Shown one piece after another: positions 25,783-34,305 of a stretch of DNA of 64,000 bases. Position numbers and translations under genes: made by a program. Source of the stretch: a virus; IMG/VR virus record IMGVR_UViG_3300005253_000050, positions 29,601-93,600 of that record; one strand, 5' to 3'. Position 1 is the first letter of the stretch. Each line of letters opens with the position of its first letter. The notes beneath the pieces were generated by a model that worked only from the letters and a program-made list of their open reading frames with translations, was not told the DNA's origin and searched no databases.

Positions 25783-26020
25783 CGCTTTTTCTCCCCGCGG
25801 CCGCAGCCGCGTTTTTGAGGCAGTCCATAGCCTGCTCGGCCCATTCTCTGCCTCGCTTTATTCGTCGCTGGTCACGGTTGAGGTATCTGACCACCACCAC
25901 CGCCGCCTCGTAGGCCCTCCGCCATCCGTCCGCGTCGCGAGCTCGGCGATAGGCCTGGTTGGCGTCGTCGCAAAGGAATGTCTCGGCGTCCCCGGTTCGG
26001 CGGTCGATGCAGTCGTTCAT
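25775..26020 (-). CDS. Hypothetical protein
   Basis: ATGA overlap on the minus strand. Confidence 0.6.
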   Translation of the reverse strand: MNDCIDRRTGDAETFLCDDANQAYRRARDADGWRRAYEAAVVVVRYLNRDQRRIKRGREWAEQAMDCLKNAAAAAGRKSDV

Positions 26021-26388
26021 GAGGTGCTCCCGCTGTTGTATTCACGCAGCGCCGCTGAGATGCTGGCGGCGTCCGAGCCCTCGGTGTGACACACGGAGCA
26101 GCTGATCCACCAGACATTTCGCTTGTCAGACAGCTTGCGTGTTCCGCAGGTCAAGTCCTGAGATCCACAGTCGGGGCAGTGATACTGGGACGCCTGCAGC
26201 CCATCAAACAGCCTGTCGGCCGCGATGTCCCGGCCCTCGGCCGCCCGACCCCACTGGGCGTTTGCGGTGGTGACTCGCGCCCTTGAGCTACCAGGGGACA
26301 ACTCGGATCGTCGCTGGGCGGCCTTGCTCGAGCCGACCACTGCCTGGTGATATTCCCGGAGCAGTGAAATGATCTGTGAAGCTGGCAT
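26017..26388 (-). CDS. Protein with C-terminal Lar (restriction-alleviation)-like zinc ribbon
   Basis: AAGGAG RBS; CPDCG...WWISCSVCHTEG...A...YN. Confidence 0.55.
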   Translation of the reverse strand: MPASQIISLLREYHQAVVGSSKAAQRRSELSPGSSRARVTTANAQWGRAAEGRDIAADRLFDGLQASQYHCPDCGSQDLTCGTRKLSDKRNVWWISCSVCHTEGSDAASISAALREYNSGSTS

Positions 26389-26428
26389 GGGGCTCTCCTT
26401 GTTTTTCGTGATCCCGCGCCCCGAGGGG

Positions 26429-26722
26429 CTAGTTGGTCTTCTTGATCCACCCAGCGACCGTGCCCTTGACCCGGCCGGTGGCGATGCGGTGGCGGACCTG
26501 GCCGTCAAGGCTGGCCCACATGGTGACCTGGTCGCAGCGGCCGGTGTTGAGGTCCATGGGGCCGGCTGTCATTCCGTCGGGGCGCGTGACGTGGACGTGC
26601 GAACCGATGTGAGCCAGGGCGGCGCCCAGGTCGGCGGTGTGAATCGTGGTGCTGGTCAGGCTGTTGTGGGCGGTGTAGTTGGTCATGTTGCGCTCCGTCG
26701 TGTTATTTGTCGTTGCGTCCAT
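26429..26722 (-). CDS. Hypothetical protein (leaderless start 26722 or RBS-led start 26686)
   Basis: Follows repeated promoter copy 3. Confidence 0.65.
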   Translation of the reverse strand: MDATTNNTTERNMTNYTAHNSLTSTTIHTADLGAALAHIGSHVHVTRPDGMTAGPMDLNTGRCDQVTMWASLDGQVRHRIATGRVKGTVAGWIKKTN

Positions 26723-26779
26723 GATTATTTATTACACATCCTGCGAAGTATGCAACCCCTTAATCGCACTTTGTGCGAT
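26684..26779 (-). promoter_or_regulatory. Repeated promoter/leader copy 3 with operator-like palindrome
   Basis: TTGCAT at 26755-26750; palindrome ATCGCAC-TTT-GTGCGAT at 26763-26779; near-identical to copy 2 over about 70 bp. Confidence 0.75.
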
Positions 26780-26822
26780 ATTTCTTCGACGAGCCCGAAC
26801 TTCTTCAAAGGAAACGCGGCGA

Positions 26823-26850
26823 TTGACGCAGAGAAAAAAAAGAAGATAAT
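26823..26850 (+). promoter_or_regulatory. Candidate promoter for the portal/head operon
   Basis: TTGACG-N16-GATAAT with an A8 run in the spacer. Confidence 0.5.
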
Positions 26851-26934
26851 AGGAACTGCGCCCGAAACTCACCCGCTCCCGCCGCTGAATGCGCGCGAAA
26901 AAGCCACGGCGCCCCAAACCGGAGGCCCGCATCA

Positions 26935-28737
26935 ATGGCCGCTCAGACGCCCGCACCGCCCGAATCAACAGAACTCACCGTGACGGTGATCAAGGCCGCC
27001 CCGAAGATCGATGTTGACTTCGGTCGGGCCCGGGAGGACGCCGACGAGGTGCAATGGGGACTGAGTTTCCCGCTCCCGCGTCCCTTAGATGTAGATAAAC
27101 TCCTGCTGCTCTTCTCGGTTTCGGATACGCTCCAGCAATGCGTCGACGCAATGGTGTCAAATATTGACGCCAGGGGATGGGCTCCCGAGCCTGTCCTGGA
27201 CCTCGATGCAGACGATGCCGCGGAGCAGGTAGCGACGGCGATGTATCTGGAGCGCCGGTCTCGATCCCCGGCCGCCTCAATGCCGACAGCAGAGGAGGTG
27301 GAGGAGACGCTGAAGGAGTGGCGGCGCGAGGCCCGTCTGGAGAAGGCGCTGCTCAAGCTGCGCGTCAAGGCCCTGTGCTACGAGAGCTCTTTCTCGGAGC
27401 TCCGCCAGCAGAAGCGTCGAGACCGAGAGGTGATCGGGTGGGGGGCCTGGGAAATAATCCGCAGCGACAGCGGCGATATCGTCCGCGCGAAGCACGTCCC
27501 GTCGCGCACACTCTGGCTGACTACGATCGATGACGAGGTCACCGCGACGCCGGCCTGGCTCCCGACGAGCGATGTCAGCCGCGAGGCCGTTATCGTCGAC
27601 CGGCGCTTCCGGCGGGTGATCCAGATCGACAGCGCTGGCGCCTATACCTATTTCAAGTGGTTCGGTGATCCGCGGATCATCTCGGCCAAAAGCGGGAAGC
27701 CCTACGACTCTGAGAAGGACCTCCTCGAGGCTGATGGAGAAGACCACGAGGCCGGCGAGGTCAAGGGTGAGCCCCCGAAGCCGGCGACGGAGATCTTGTG
27801 GTTCGGGACGTACTACCCGGAGGGCGCCTACCCGCAGCCACGGTGGCACGGGCTGATCCCGAACATCGTCGGCAGCCGCGAGGCGTCAGAGGACAACGCC
27901 CGGTACCTGTCGAACTCCGCCATCCCCCAGGGGCTGCTCCTGGTCTCGGACGGGCGGGTCGGCCCCTCGTCGAAGGGCAGCCTGTCGACGTTCTTCGAAT
28001 CGAACGAGGGGAATGCGCGGCAGAAGATCGCCGTGGTGGAGGCCACCACCCCGCGCGAAAACGCGATCCTTCCTGGGTCCGGCCGCGTGCAGCTCGAGTG
28101 GGTGTCGCTGCGGCAGGCCCAGCAGGACGACCTCACCTTCAGCCAGTACATCATGATGACCTCCGACCAGGTGGGCGAGGCCTTCCGCCTGCCGTCGCTG
28201 CTGCGCGGCCGGGTGAAGGACCTGAATAAAGCCAACGCCGTCGCCGTGCTGGAGTTCGCCGAAGACCAGGTGTTCGCCCCGGAGCGCCAGTCCTTCGACG
28301 ACCTCATCAATGACACCCTGGTCGCCAACTGGGGGATCCGGTTCTGGCGCTTCAAGTCCCTCGGCTCTCGCAAGCGGGATCCGGAGTCCATCGCCAAAAT
28401 CGCCGAGGCGTTCCTCCGCGCCGGCGTGGTCACCCCCGCCGAGCTGCGGGATCTTGCCGAGCAGCTGCTGGGTGTCGACCTCCCGAGCTCGGCCAGCGAC
28501 TGGCAGCACATCACTCAGCTGATGGTCACCGCCGGCCACATCCCCCCCTCGGCCAAGCCGCCGGAAACGGTGAGCCAGCCAGTCGGGCCGCCGGCGGATC
28601 CGGATGAATTGCAGGAGCCGCCGACCGGGTCCGCCGAGGACATCGCGAAACGGATCCTCAAGATGGAGGCCTTCCTTGCCACTGCCCGCCAGGCGGAGGC
28701 GATGGCCACGATGCCGGAGCCCGATGGAACTTCTTGA
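26935..28737 (+). CDS. Portal protein (PBSX/XkdE-like)
   Basis: Position and size; GWGAWEIIR...HVPS, YPQPRW, NARYLSNSAIPQGLLLV, AFRLPSLLRG...NKANA, TPAELR. Confidence 0.88.
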   Translation: MAAQTPAPPESTELTVTVIKAAPKIDVDFGRAREDADEVQWGLSFPLPRPLDVDKLLLLFSVSDTLQQCVDAMVSNIDARGWAPEPVLDLDADDAAEQVATAMYLERRSRSPAASMPTAEEVEETLKEWRREARLEKALLKLRVKALCYESSFSELRQQKRRDREVIGWGAWEIIRSDSGDIVRAKHVPSRTLWLTTIDDEVTATPAWLPTSDVSREAVIVDRRFRRVIQIDSAGAYTYFKWFGDPRIISAKSGKPYDSEKDLLEADGEDHEAGEVKGEPPKPATEILWFGTYYPEGAYPQPRWHGLIPNIVGSREASEDNARYLSNSAIPQGLLLVSDGRVGPSSKGSLSTFFESNEGNARQKIAVVEATTPRENAILPGSGRVQLEWVSLRQAQQDDLTFSQYIMMTSDQVGEAFRLPSLLRGRVKDLNKANAVAVLEFAEDQVFAPERQSFDDLINDTLVANWGIRFWRFKSLGSRKRDPESIAKIAEAFLRAGVVTPAELRDLAEQLLGVDLPSSASDWQHITQLMVTAGHIPPSAKPPETVSQPVGPPADPDELQEPPTGSAEDIAKRILKMEAFLATARQAEAMATMPEPDGTS

Positions 28738-30094
28738 GCTCCCCAGCCGCGAGGTGCTGGTGCAGCGAGGGCCAAGCGTTGGCTTCGTCGGCCCGTCCAT
28801 GGCCCGCGTCCGCATCCCCAAGGCATCCCAGGCCCAGGGTTACGTGCTGCTCCACCGCGGCGCTCACGGCGCCTGGCAGACGTTCCGCCTGACGTCGCGG
28901 AAGGAGACAGCCGCCAGGAAGCGGGCCGCCCGGGTGGCGCGGCTCATTGGCCGAAAGATTATTCTCGGTGAGCTCGTCCAGGTGGCCGGGGAGACGCAGG
29001 TGATCCGATCCATCGCCACCTACGAAACGATGTCCAAGGCCGAGCTATTCGCCCGAGCTGCAGCTGCGGCCGGCGAGGTGGCGGACATCTACAAGGCCAA
29101 GGATCCGGACCCGTACAACCCCCGGCAGTTCGACAAGATGACGGACGCCCTCGCGCGCGACCTTAACAGGGTGGCCAAGCCGGCGTTTGTAGCCACGGTC
29201 GAGAAGGCCGTGACGTCGTCCAAGATCGACTGGGCCACGGCCACCGAGAAGCAGATGGAGGCCTTCAGCAAAAAGCTCGCCGCAACTCTTGGCGTCTCTG
29301 CCGCTGCGGTCTGGAAATCGATCCGCCCCACGGTGGTTGACTCCTCCGTGACGATGGCCACCGAATCCCGCGCAGCCTTCGTGAAATCGAACAATCTCAC
29401 GGTGGACAGGGTCATCTCGCTCCAGGACAAGGCGGCCGTGACCAGGTCGGCGATGACGAACGCGCACTACGTGCGAGAGTTCGCGACCGGGCAGATGAGC
29501 CCGAGCCTGAGTTCGCAGGCCCGGGTGATCGTCCAGTCTGGAATTAGCAAAGGCGAGAGTTCCCGGATGATCGGGAAGGAGCTCCACCGGGTTCTCGGCC
29601 GGGCGGCCGGCGGCCAGACCGAGGCCTACTTCCGAATGGCTGCGAGCGCGATCAACGCCAGGTCCCGGGAGTTCTCGTCGTTGCGATCCATGCAGGACGC
29701 GGGGATCGATAAATACGAATGGAGCTCGGTGCTCGATGAGATGACCACGGAGACCTGCCGCTTCCTCGACGGCCAGGTATTCTCTGTTCAGGGCGCACTC
29801 GACCGATACAAAGCCGCCGACGCTCTAGAAGACCCCACAGACATCAAATACGAGATGCCGTGGTTCTATGACAAGCCGATCCGCGGCGGCGAGCACGACG
29901 GCAAGATGGGAATCTTTATGAACCAGCGCGGGGGGATGCAGCGTGTCGCTGTGGTTGAAAAAGGTGGCTTCGGGAAACGGGACGCGATCGGCACCTACTC
30001 CAACACCAAAAGCTCAAAGGCGTTGGAGGGAATGGGGATGCCTGCATGTCCAGGGCACAGTTTGTGACGCAGCACTACCATCCCGGTAGATTAA
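28724..30094 (+). CDS. MuF/SPP1 gp7-like head morphogenesis protein with in-frame TGA at 30065-30067 (ends at 30067 if read as stop)
   Basis: YEWSSVLDEMTTETCRFLDGQVF and P-G-H-S-L-[TGA]-R-S-T-T, matching the family motif P-x-H-x-x-C-R-S. Confidence 0.85.
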
Positions 30095-30100
30095 CCGGGA
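30081..30100 (+). promoter_or_regulatory. Candidate bacterial SECIS hairpin
   Basis: TCCCGGT-AGATTA-ACCGGGA: perfect 7-bp stem starting 13 nt after the TGA, with G at loop position 2. Confidence 0.5.
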
Positions 30101-30112
30101 CAGAGGAAGACG

Positions 30113-30451
30113 ATGAGCAACATAATCCAGCCCGGACTCTCGCACCTGATCAGCACCATGGATCTCGCCCGCATCGAGGACGCTGTCCACAAGGCGGTGA
30201 TGCGCTCGGCCGAACTGCGTGGACAAAAGATGTACACCGAGGGCAAGATCTCGCACAGCGAGTACGACCGCCGCGCGAAGTACTGCATCGAGCTCGCGCT
30301 GCGCTGGCGCAAGGAGCGTCGGTTCGCGCTCGAGCAAATCGGCGACGCGCTCAAGACCGCCCTGATCAGCTGGATCGACGGCGATGAATACGAGCCCCGC
30401 GACGGAATGTGGGCCGACCCCGACCAGAACAACCCGGCAGGTACATTATGA
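30113..30451 (+). CDS. Hypothetical protein in the head module
   Basis: GAGGAAG RBS; ATGA overlap with the next gene. Confidence 0.7.
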   Translation: MSNIIQPGLSHLISTMDLARIEDAVHKAVMRSAELRGQKMYTEGKISHSEYDRRAKYCIELALRWRKERRFALEQIGDALKTALISWIDGDEYEPRDGMWADPDQNNPAGTL

Positions 30452-33400
30452 GAATCCTGAAGTCCCTCGACCCCCACTACCTGGTGCATCGGCTCGCCTC
30501 CGATCAGATCGTTGGCGTGCTCGCTGACCGCGACCTCGGCGCCCTGGCCGATGACGACATGATGCTGGCAGACGGTGAGGTGGACCCCGACTGTGAGCCT
30601 CTCGCCCATGGCGTGGTGCGGCTCCGGAAGGGCGTGCGGTTTGCCTCTGGCGAGGCGGCCGTCGCCAAGCTCGGCGAGAAGCTCGACCCGTTCATGGCCC
30701 GGACTTTCGGTGCGTCCGCTGACCCGGTGTGGTTCCACCCGCTCAAGTCCGTGGACGCCTGGGAAGAGGCCGCCGTGGTGAAGGGGCTGGAGGTGCCAGT
30801 TCGAATCCTGAAGGCCGCCGAGGTGATTCCGGATGAGGGCGCGCTGAGCGAGCTGAGTTCTGCTGGCCTTGGCGAGGTGGCGAAGCTACTGGACTCGAAT
30901 CCAGAGAGTGAGGGCGCCGAGGAGTTGGCGGTGATCGTGAAGGCCGAGTACGATCGCCGCGGACTCGAGCCCGATGAGTCGCTGCTGATCTTCAAGGGCC
31001 TCTGGGGTTACCCCGCTGGGAAAGCCAGACTGTCGAAGCGATTGGTTGAGATGATGCCAACGCACAAGGTCTACGTTGAACCATTTGTCGGGAGTGGCGC
31101 GGTGCTATTCGCGAAAGAGAAAGTAGGCACCGAGGTTGTGAACGACACCGACCCAGCTGTGGCCGAGGCCTGGCAGGTTCTTTCTGAGTTGACCGCGCAA
31201 GATCTAAAGCGCCTCTGTGGGATGAACTGGACCGGCGATCGTGACACCTTCACGAGAATGAAAAAAGAGACCGGCGGTGACGACGTAGTCAAGCTACATC
31301 GGTTTTTCTATCTCTCTAAATTTGCTTATGGTCGGTGGCGAGGGACTGGATTTTCTCCTGAAATGCAAGGACATACGGTCACAATGGCCCGAATGCTGGA
31401 AAAGAACGCTCCCCGTGCCCAAGGCGTGGTCGCTCTTCATGGTGACTACGAGGCCGTGTGTCGTAAATACGACGGCCCAGACACGTTACACTTCCTCGAT
31501 CCTCCGTACGCTGGATATGCCTCCGCTGTGGGAGAAAAGAACTTCGACGAGGAGCGTTTTTTTAAGATGCTCAAGGAACTCAAAGGGAAGTGGATCGTCA
31601 CATACGGGGTCAAGGGCAAGCTACCCAAGATGCTCCGTGATTCCGGATTTACTGTAAAGAAGGTCACCACCCATCGTTCGATCCGGACGAGCGTCGCCTC
31701 CACGAATCCGTCTGCGGTGCTTGATCAACTGATCGCATACAACTTCGATCCGAATGCCAAGGCCGAAGACCCAGCGCTTGCCCCGACAGAAGAGCCAGCC
31801 GAGGCGCCTGTCGAAGCGGAAAAAAAAAACCTAAATTCCCCGGACGCTGAGAAGCAGGAGGGCTCGCCGGTCCTCTGTTTCTATCACGGCGATCTGGACG
31901 GCGTGGCGTCCGCCGCGGTTGTTCTTCAGGCCCACCCGGCCGCCGAGCTGGCGAGCATCAACTACGGGCAGGAGTTCCCATGGGACACCATCAAGGACCG
32001 CGAGACGGTCTACATGGTGGACTTCGGGATGCAGCCGTTCGAGGAGATGGTCAAGCTCAAGGCCGAACTCGACGAGATGGGGACCAGGTTCGTGTGGATC
32101 GACCACCACATCACCGCGCTCGAGGCCGCAGAGAAGGCGGGCTTCGAGGTCGACGGTCTCCGCGAGATCGGCCAGGCCGGCTGCGAGCTGACATGGAAGT
32201 TCATCCACCCCGACGACCCCATGCCGGAGGTGGTTCGCCTCGCTGGTCGATTCGACGTCTGGGACCACGAGGACCCGAACGTCCTGCCGGTGCACTACGC
32301 GATGGAGGCAATCCCCGAAGCCAACGACCCGAGCAGCGAGTGGTGGGCCGAGTGGCTCAAGAAGGGCGAGGGGGACTTCGCTGAGCTCGTCGCCCAGGGC
32401 AAGGCGATCCAGGGCTGGCTCGAAGAGTTCAGCGCCGGCCGGATGAGGTTCTCGTCCTTCGATGTGGACTTCGCTGGGCTCAAATGCGTGGCGGCCTGCA
32501 CCTCTCTCCCTGGGTCCATTCAATTCGAGTCGGTTGGCAAGGAGCACGACGCCGCGATCTCGTTCTGCTTTTCGCCGAGAAACCAGTGGAACGTCTCGAT
32601 GTATTCCATCAAGGAAGGCGTCGACGTCGGGAAGGTCTGCATGGACAACGGCGGCGGTGGTCACGCTGGCGCCGGCGGGTTCCAGTGCACGGAGCTGCCG
32701 TTCGACCTCCCGGCCTCCACCAAGAAGGCTTACGACCTCCGCGAGCCCCTCGCCGCCTACGCTCACGACGCCTGGTCTCGGTGGATGGATCATCTCTTCG
32801 AGCAGGCATCTCCCGACGGGACGATGGCGCCCGAAGACGTGGAGCGATGGAAGCGCCTGATCACGACCAAGTACGCCGACCTCACCGAGGATGAAAAGGA
32901 GTCCGATCGCCTCGAGGCGGACCGGTTGCTGGCGGTGATGAGCGGGCGGGACGACGAGGTCGAGAAGGCCGCAGTGGCACCGCTTGCCCCGGCCCCGGCG
33001 CTCGCCGTTTTCAAGCCGACCGAGGAGAACTCCTTCGACGACGTGAAGGAGCTGCTCGAGAAGTTCGGGACGGACGAATCACTCGGCGCCGGTGTCGGGG
33101 TCGGGCCGAAGTGGAACGGCCAGCTCGCCATCGTTCACAGCGTACCTGACGGCGTGTCGATCCACTACGAAGGCAACCCCACCGAGCAGGCTCCGAACCT
33201 CAAGGCCATCGCCGCGTCGGCCGCCAAATTCGACGACGGGTATGCTCTCATCGGCGAGGTGGTGGAGGCTGACATCGGCGCGGTGTTCATGGCGCGCGAC
33301 GTGCTCCACTGGGCGGGTGTCGACCACTCGGCCGAGCCGTGGTCTGCGCGACAGAAGATCCTAGACCAGGCGGTCCCGCAGGCGACCGCCGCCATCGCCC

Positions 33401-34305
33401 CCGCCCCCGCTCGGCTGGTTCATTCAGCCGACACTTTGAAGGCCGCGATCACCTGGGCGGCCGAGGTTCCGGGATCCGTCGGGGCGGTGATCACCCCCGC
33501 TGATTCAGTCGCGACGCCAGGTGGATCCGCACCTCAGATTGCCGAGGTTCGGACCCCTCGGATCGTCAACGCGATGGTGGTCGGAGCGGATTCGAATCCG
33601 GATGGATCCAACGTCTATCAGTGCGCCGTCGGGCCGCTTTCGGATTCGGAGTCAGATCGTCTTAAAGAGGTGGTCGAGGTCGGTGGGCGGAACTATGCAA
33701 TCGTCGGATCTGTGTGTACACCTTCTGTGAATGCCTCTGTGGGCGATACACTAAGAGTGGAAGTGGGCGAAATATTGGTGGTTGACAGCGAAGATTCGGC
33801 CGCGATAGGATGGGACTCATCAAAGGTACTCGAGCGGGTGCACGTAAAACCCGCGACGGTATCCGAAGTTCGAGCACTGGCGCGACCACATGAGATCCAG
33901 AAACTCTGCAAAATCCTCAAGCGCGATTCGGAGCGGCATTACATCCTCAGTGTTGTGCTCGAGCCGAACGATGGCAAGGGCGAAGCACCACTGGATCCCG
34001 ACGCCCACAACGATATTTACTCCGACGACGAGATCTGGGATGCCTGCGTGTATTGGTACGAGCAGGGCGCCGGCCTTGGCGTCATGCATGAGCGCGGAGC
34101 GACCACCTCAGAGCTGCTCCCGGTCCACAATATCATCGCCCCGGTCGACATGGAGATCGGCGGCGAGTTTGTGCGGGCTGGTTCGTGGCTCATTGGATCT
34201 CTCGTCCTATCTGCCGACCTCTGGCAGCGGATTGAATCTGGGGAGCTCAACGCGTGGAGCGTTGATGGACGAGCGCTTCGGCGCCCCGAGGCAATAGCAG
34301 CTTGA
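30448..34305 (+). CDS. Polyprotein: unknown N-domain + D12/Dam-like N6-adenine methyltransferase + DHH/DHHA1 phosphoesterase + RyR-like helical domain + degenerate ATP-dependent ligase fold + XkdF-like prohead protease
   Basis: GYPAGK/YVEPFVGSG/FLDPPY; YHGDLDG/WIDHH/GGGGHAGAGGF; KWNG/LIGE/ARDVL; SVVLEP/DAHND/GVMH/GSWL/WQRIESGELNAWSVDG. Confidence 0.88.
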   Translation: MRILKSLDPHYLVHRLASDQIVGVLADRDLGALADDDMMLADGEVDPDCEPLAHGVVRLRKGVRFASGEAAVAKLGEKLDPFMARTFGASADPVWFHPLKSVDAWEEAAVVKGLEVPVRILKAAEVIPDEGALSELSSAGLGEVAKLLDSNPESEGAEELAVIVKAEYDRRGLEPDESLLIFKGLWGYPAGKARLSKRLVEMMPTHKVYVEPFVGSGAVLFAKEKVGTEVVNDTDPAVAEAWQVLSELTAQDLKRLCGMNWTGDRDTFTRMKKETGGDDVVKLHRFFYLSKFAYGRWRGTGFSPEMQGHTVTMARMLEKNAPRAQGVVALHGDYEAVCRKYDGPDTLHFLDPPYAGYASAVGEKNFDEERFFKMLKELKGKWIVTYGVKGKLPKMLRDSGFTVKKVTTHRSIRTSVASTNPSAVLDQLIAYNFDPNAKAEDPALAPTEEPAEAPVEAEKKNLNSPDAEKQEGSPVLCFYHGDLDGVASAAVVLQAHPAAELASINYGQEFPWDTIKDRETVYMVDFGMQPFEEMVKLKAELDEMGTRFVWIDHHITALEAAEKAGFEVDGLREIGQAGCELTWKFIHPDDPMPEVVRLAGRFDVWDHEDPNVLPVHYAMEAIPEANDPSSEWWAEWLKKGEGDFAELVAQGKAIQGWLEEFSAGRMRFSSFDVDFAGLKCVAACTSLPGSIQFESVGKEHDAAISFCFSPRNQWNVSMYSIKEGVDVGKVCMDNGGGGHAGAGGFQCTELPFDLPASTKKAYDLREPLAAYAHDAWSRWMDHLFEQASPDGTMAPEDVERWKRLITTKYADLTEDEKESDRLEADRLLAVMSGRDDEVEKAAVAPLAPAPALAVFKPTEENSFDDVKELLEKFGTDESLGAGVGVGPKWNGQLAIVHSVPDGVSIHYEGNPTEQAPNLKAIAASAAKFDDGYALIGEVVEADIGAVFMARDVLHWAGVDHSAEPWSARQKILDQAVPQATAAIAPAPARLVHSADTLKAAITWAAEVPGSVGAVITPADSVATPGGSAPQIAEVRTPRIVNAMVVGADSNPDGSNVYQCAVGPLSDSESDRLKEVVEVGGRNYAIVGSVCTPSVNASVGDTLRVEVGEILVVDSEDSAAIGWDSSKVLERVHVKPATVSEVRALARPHEIQKLCKILKRDSERHYILSVVLEPNDGKGEAPLDPDAHNDIYSDDEIWDACVYWYEQGAGLGVMHERGATTSELLPVHNIIAPVDMEIGGEFVRAGSWLIGSLVLSADLWQRIESGELNAWSVDGRALRRPEAIAA

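Noticed and set aside
12860-26779. CRISPR array or tRNA/ncRNA explanation for the repeats
   Set aside because: The repeats are few, dispersed and tied to gene starts. No regular repeat-spacer pattern or cloverleaf was seen.
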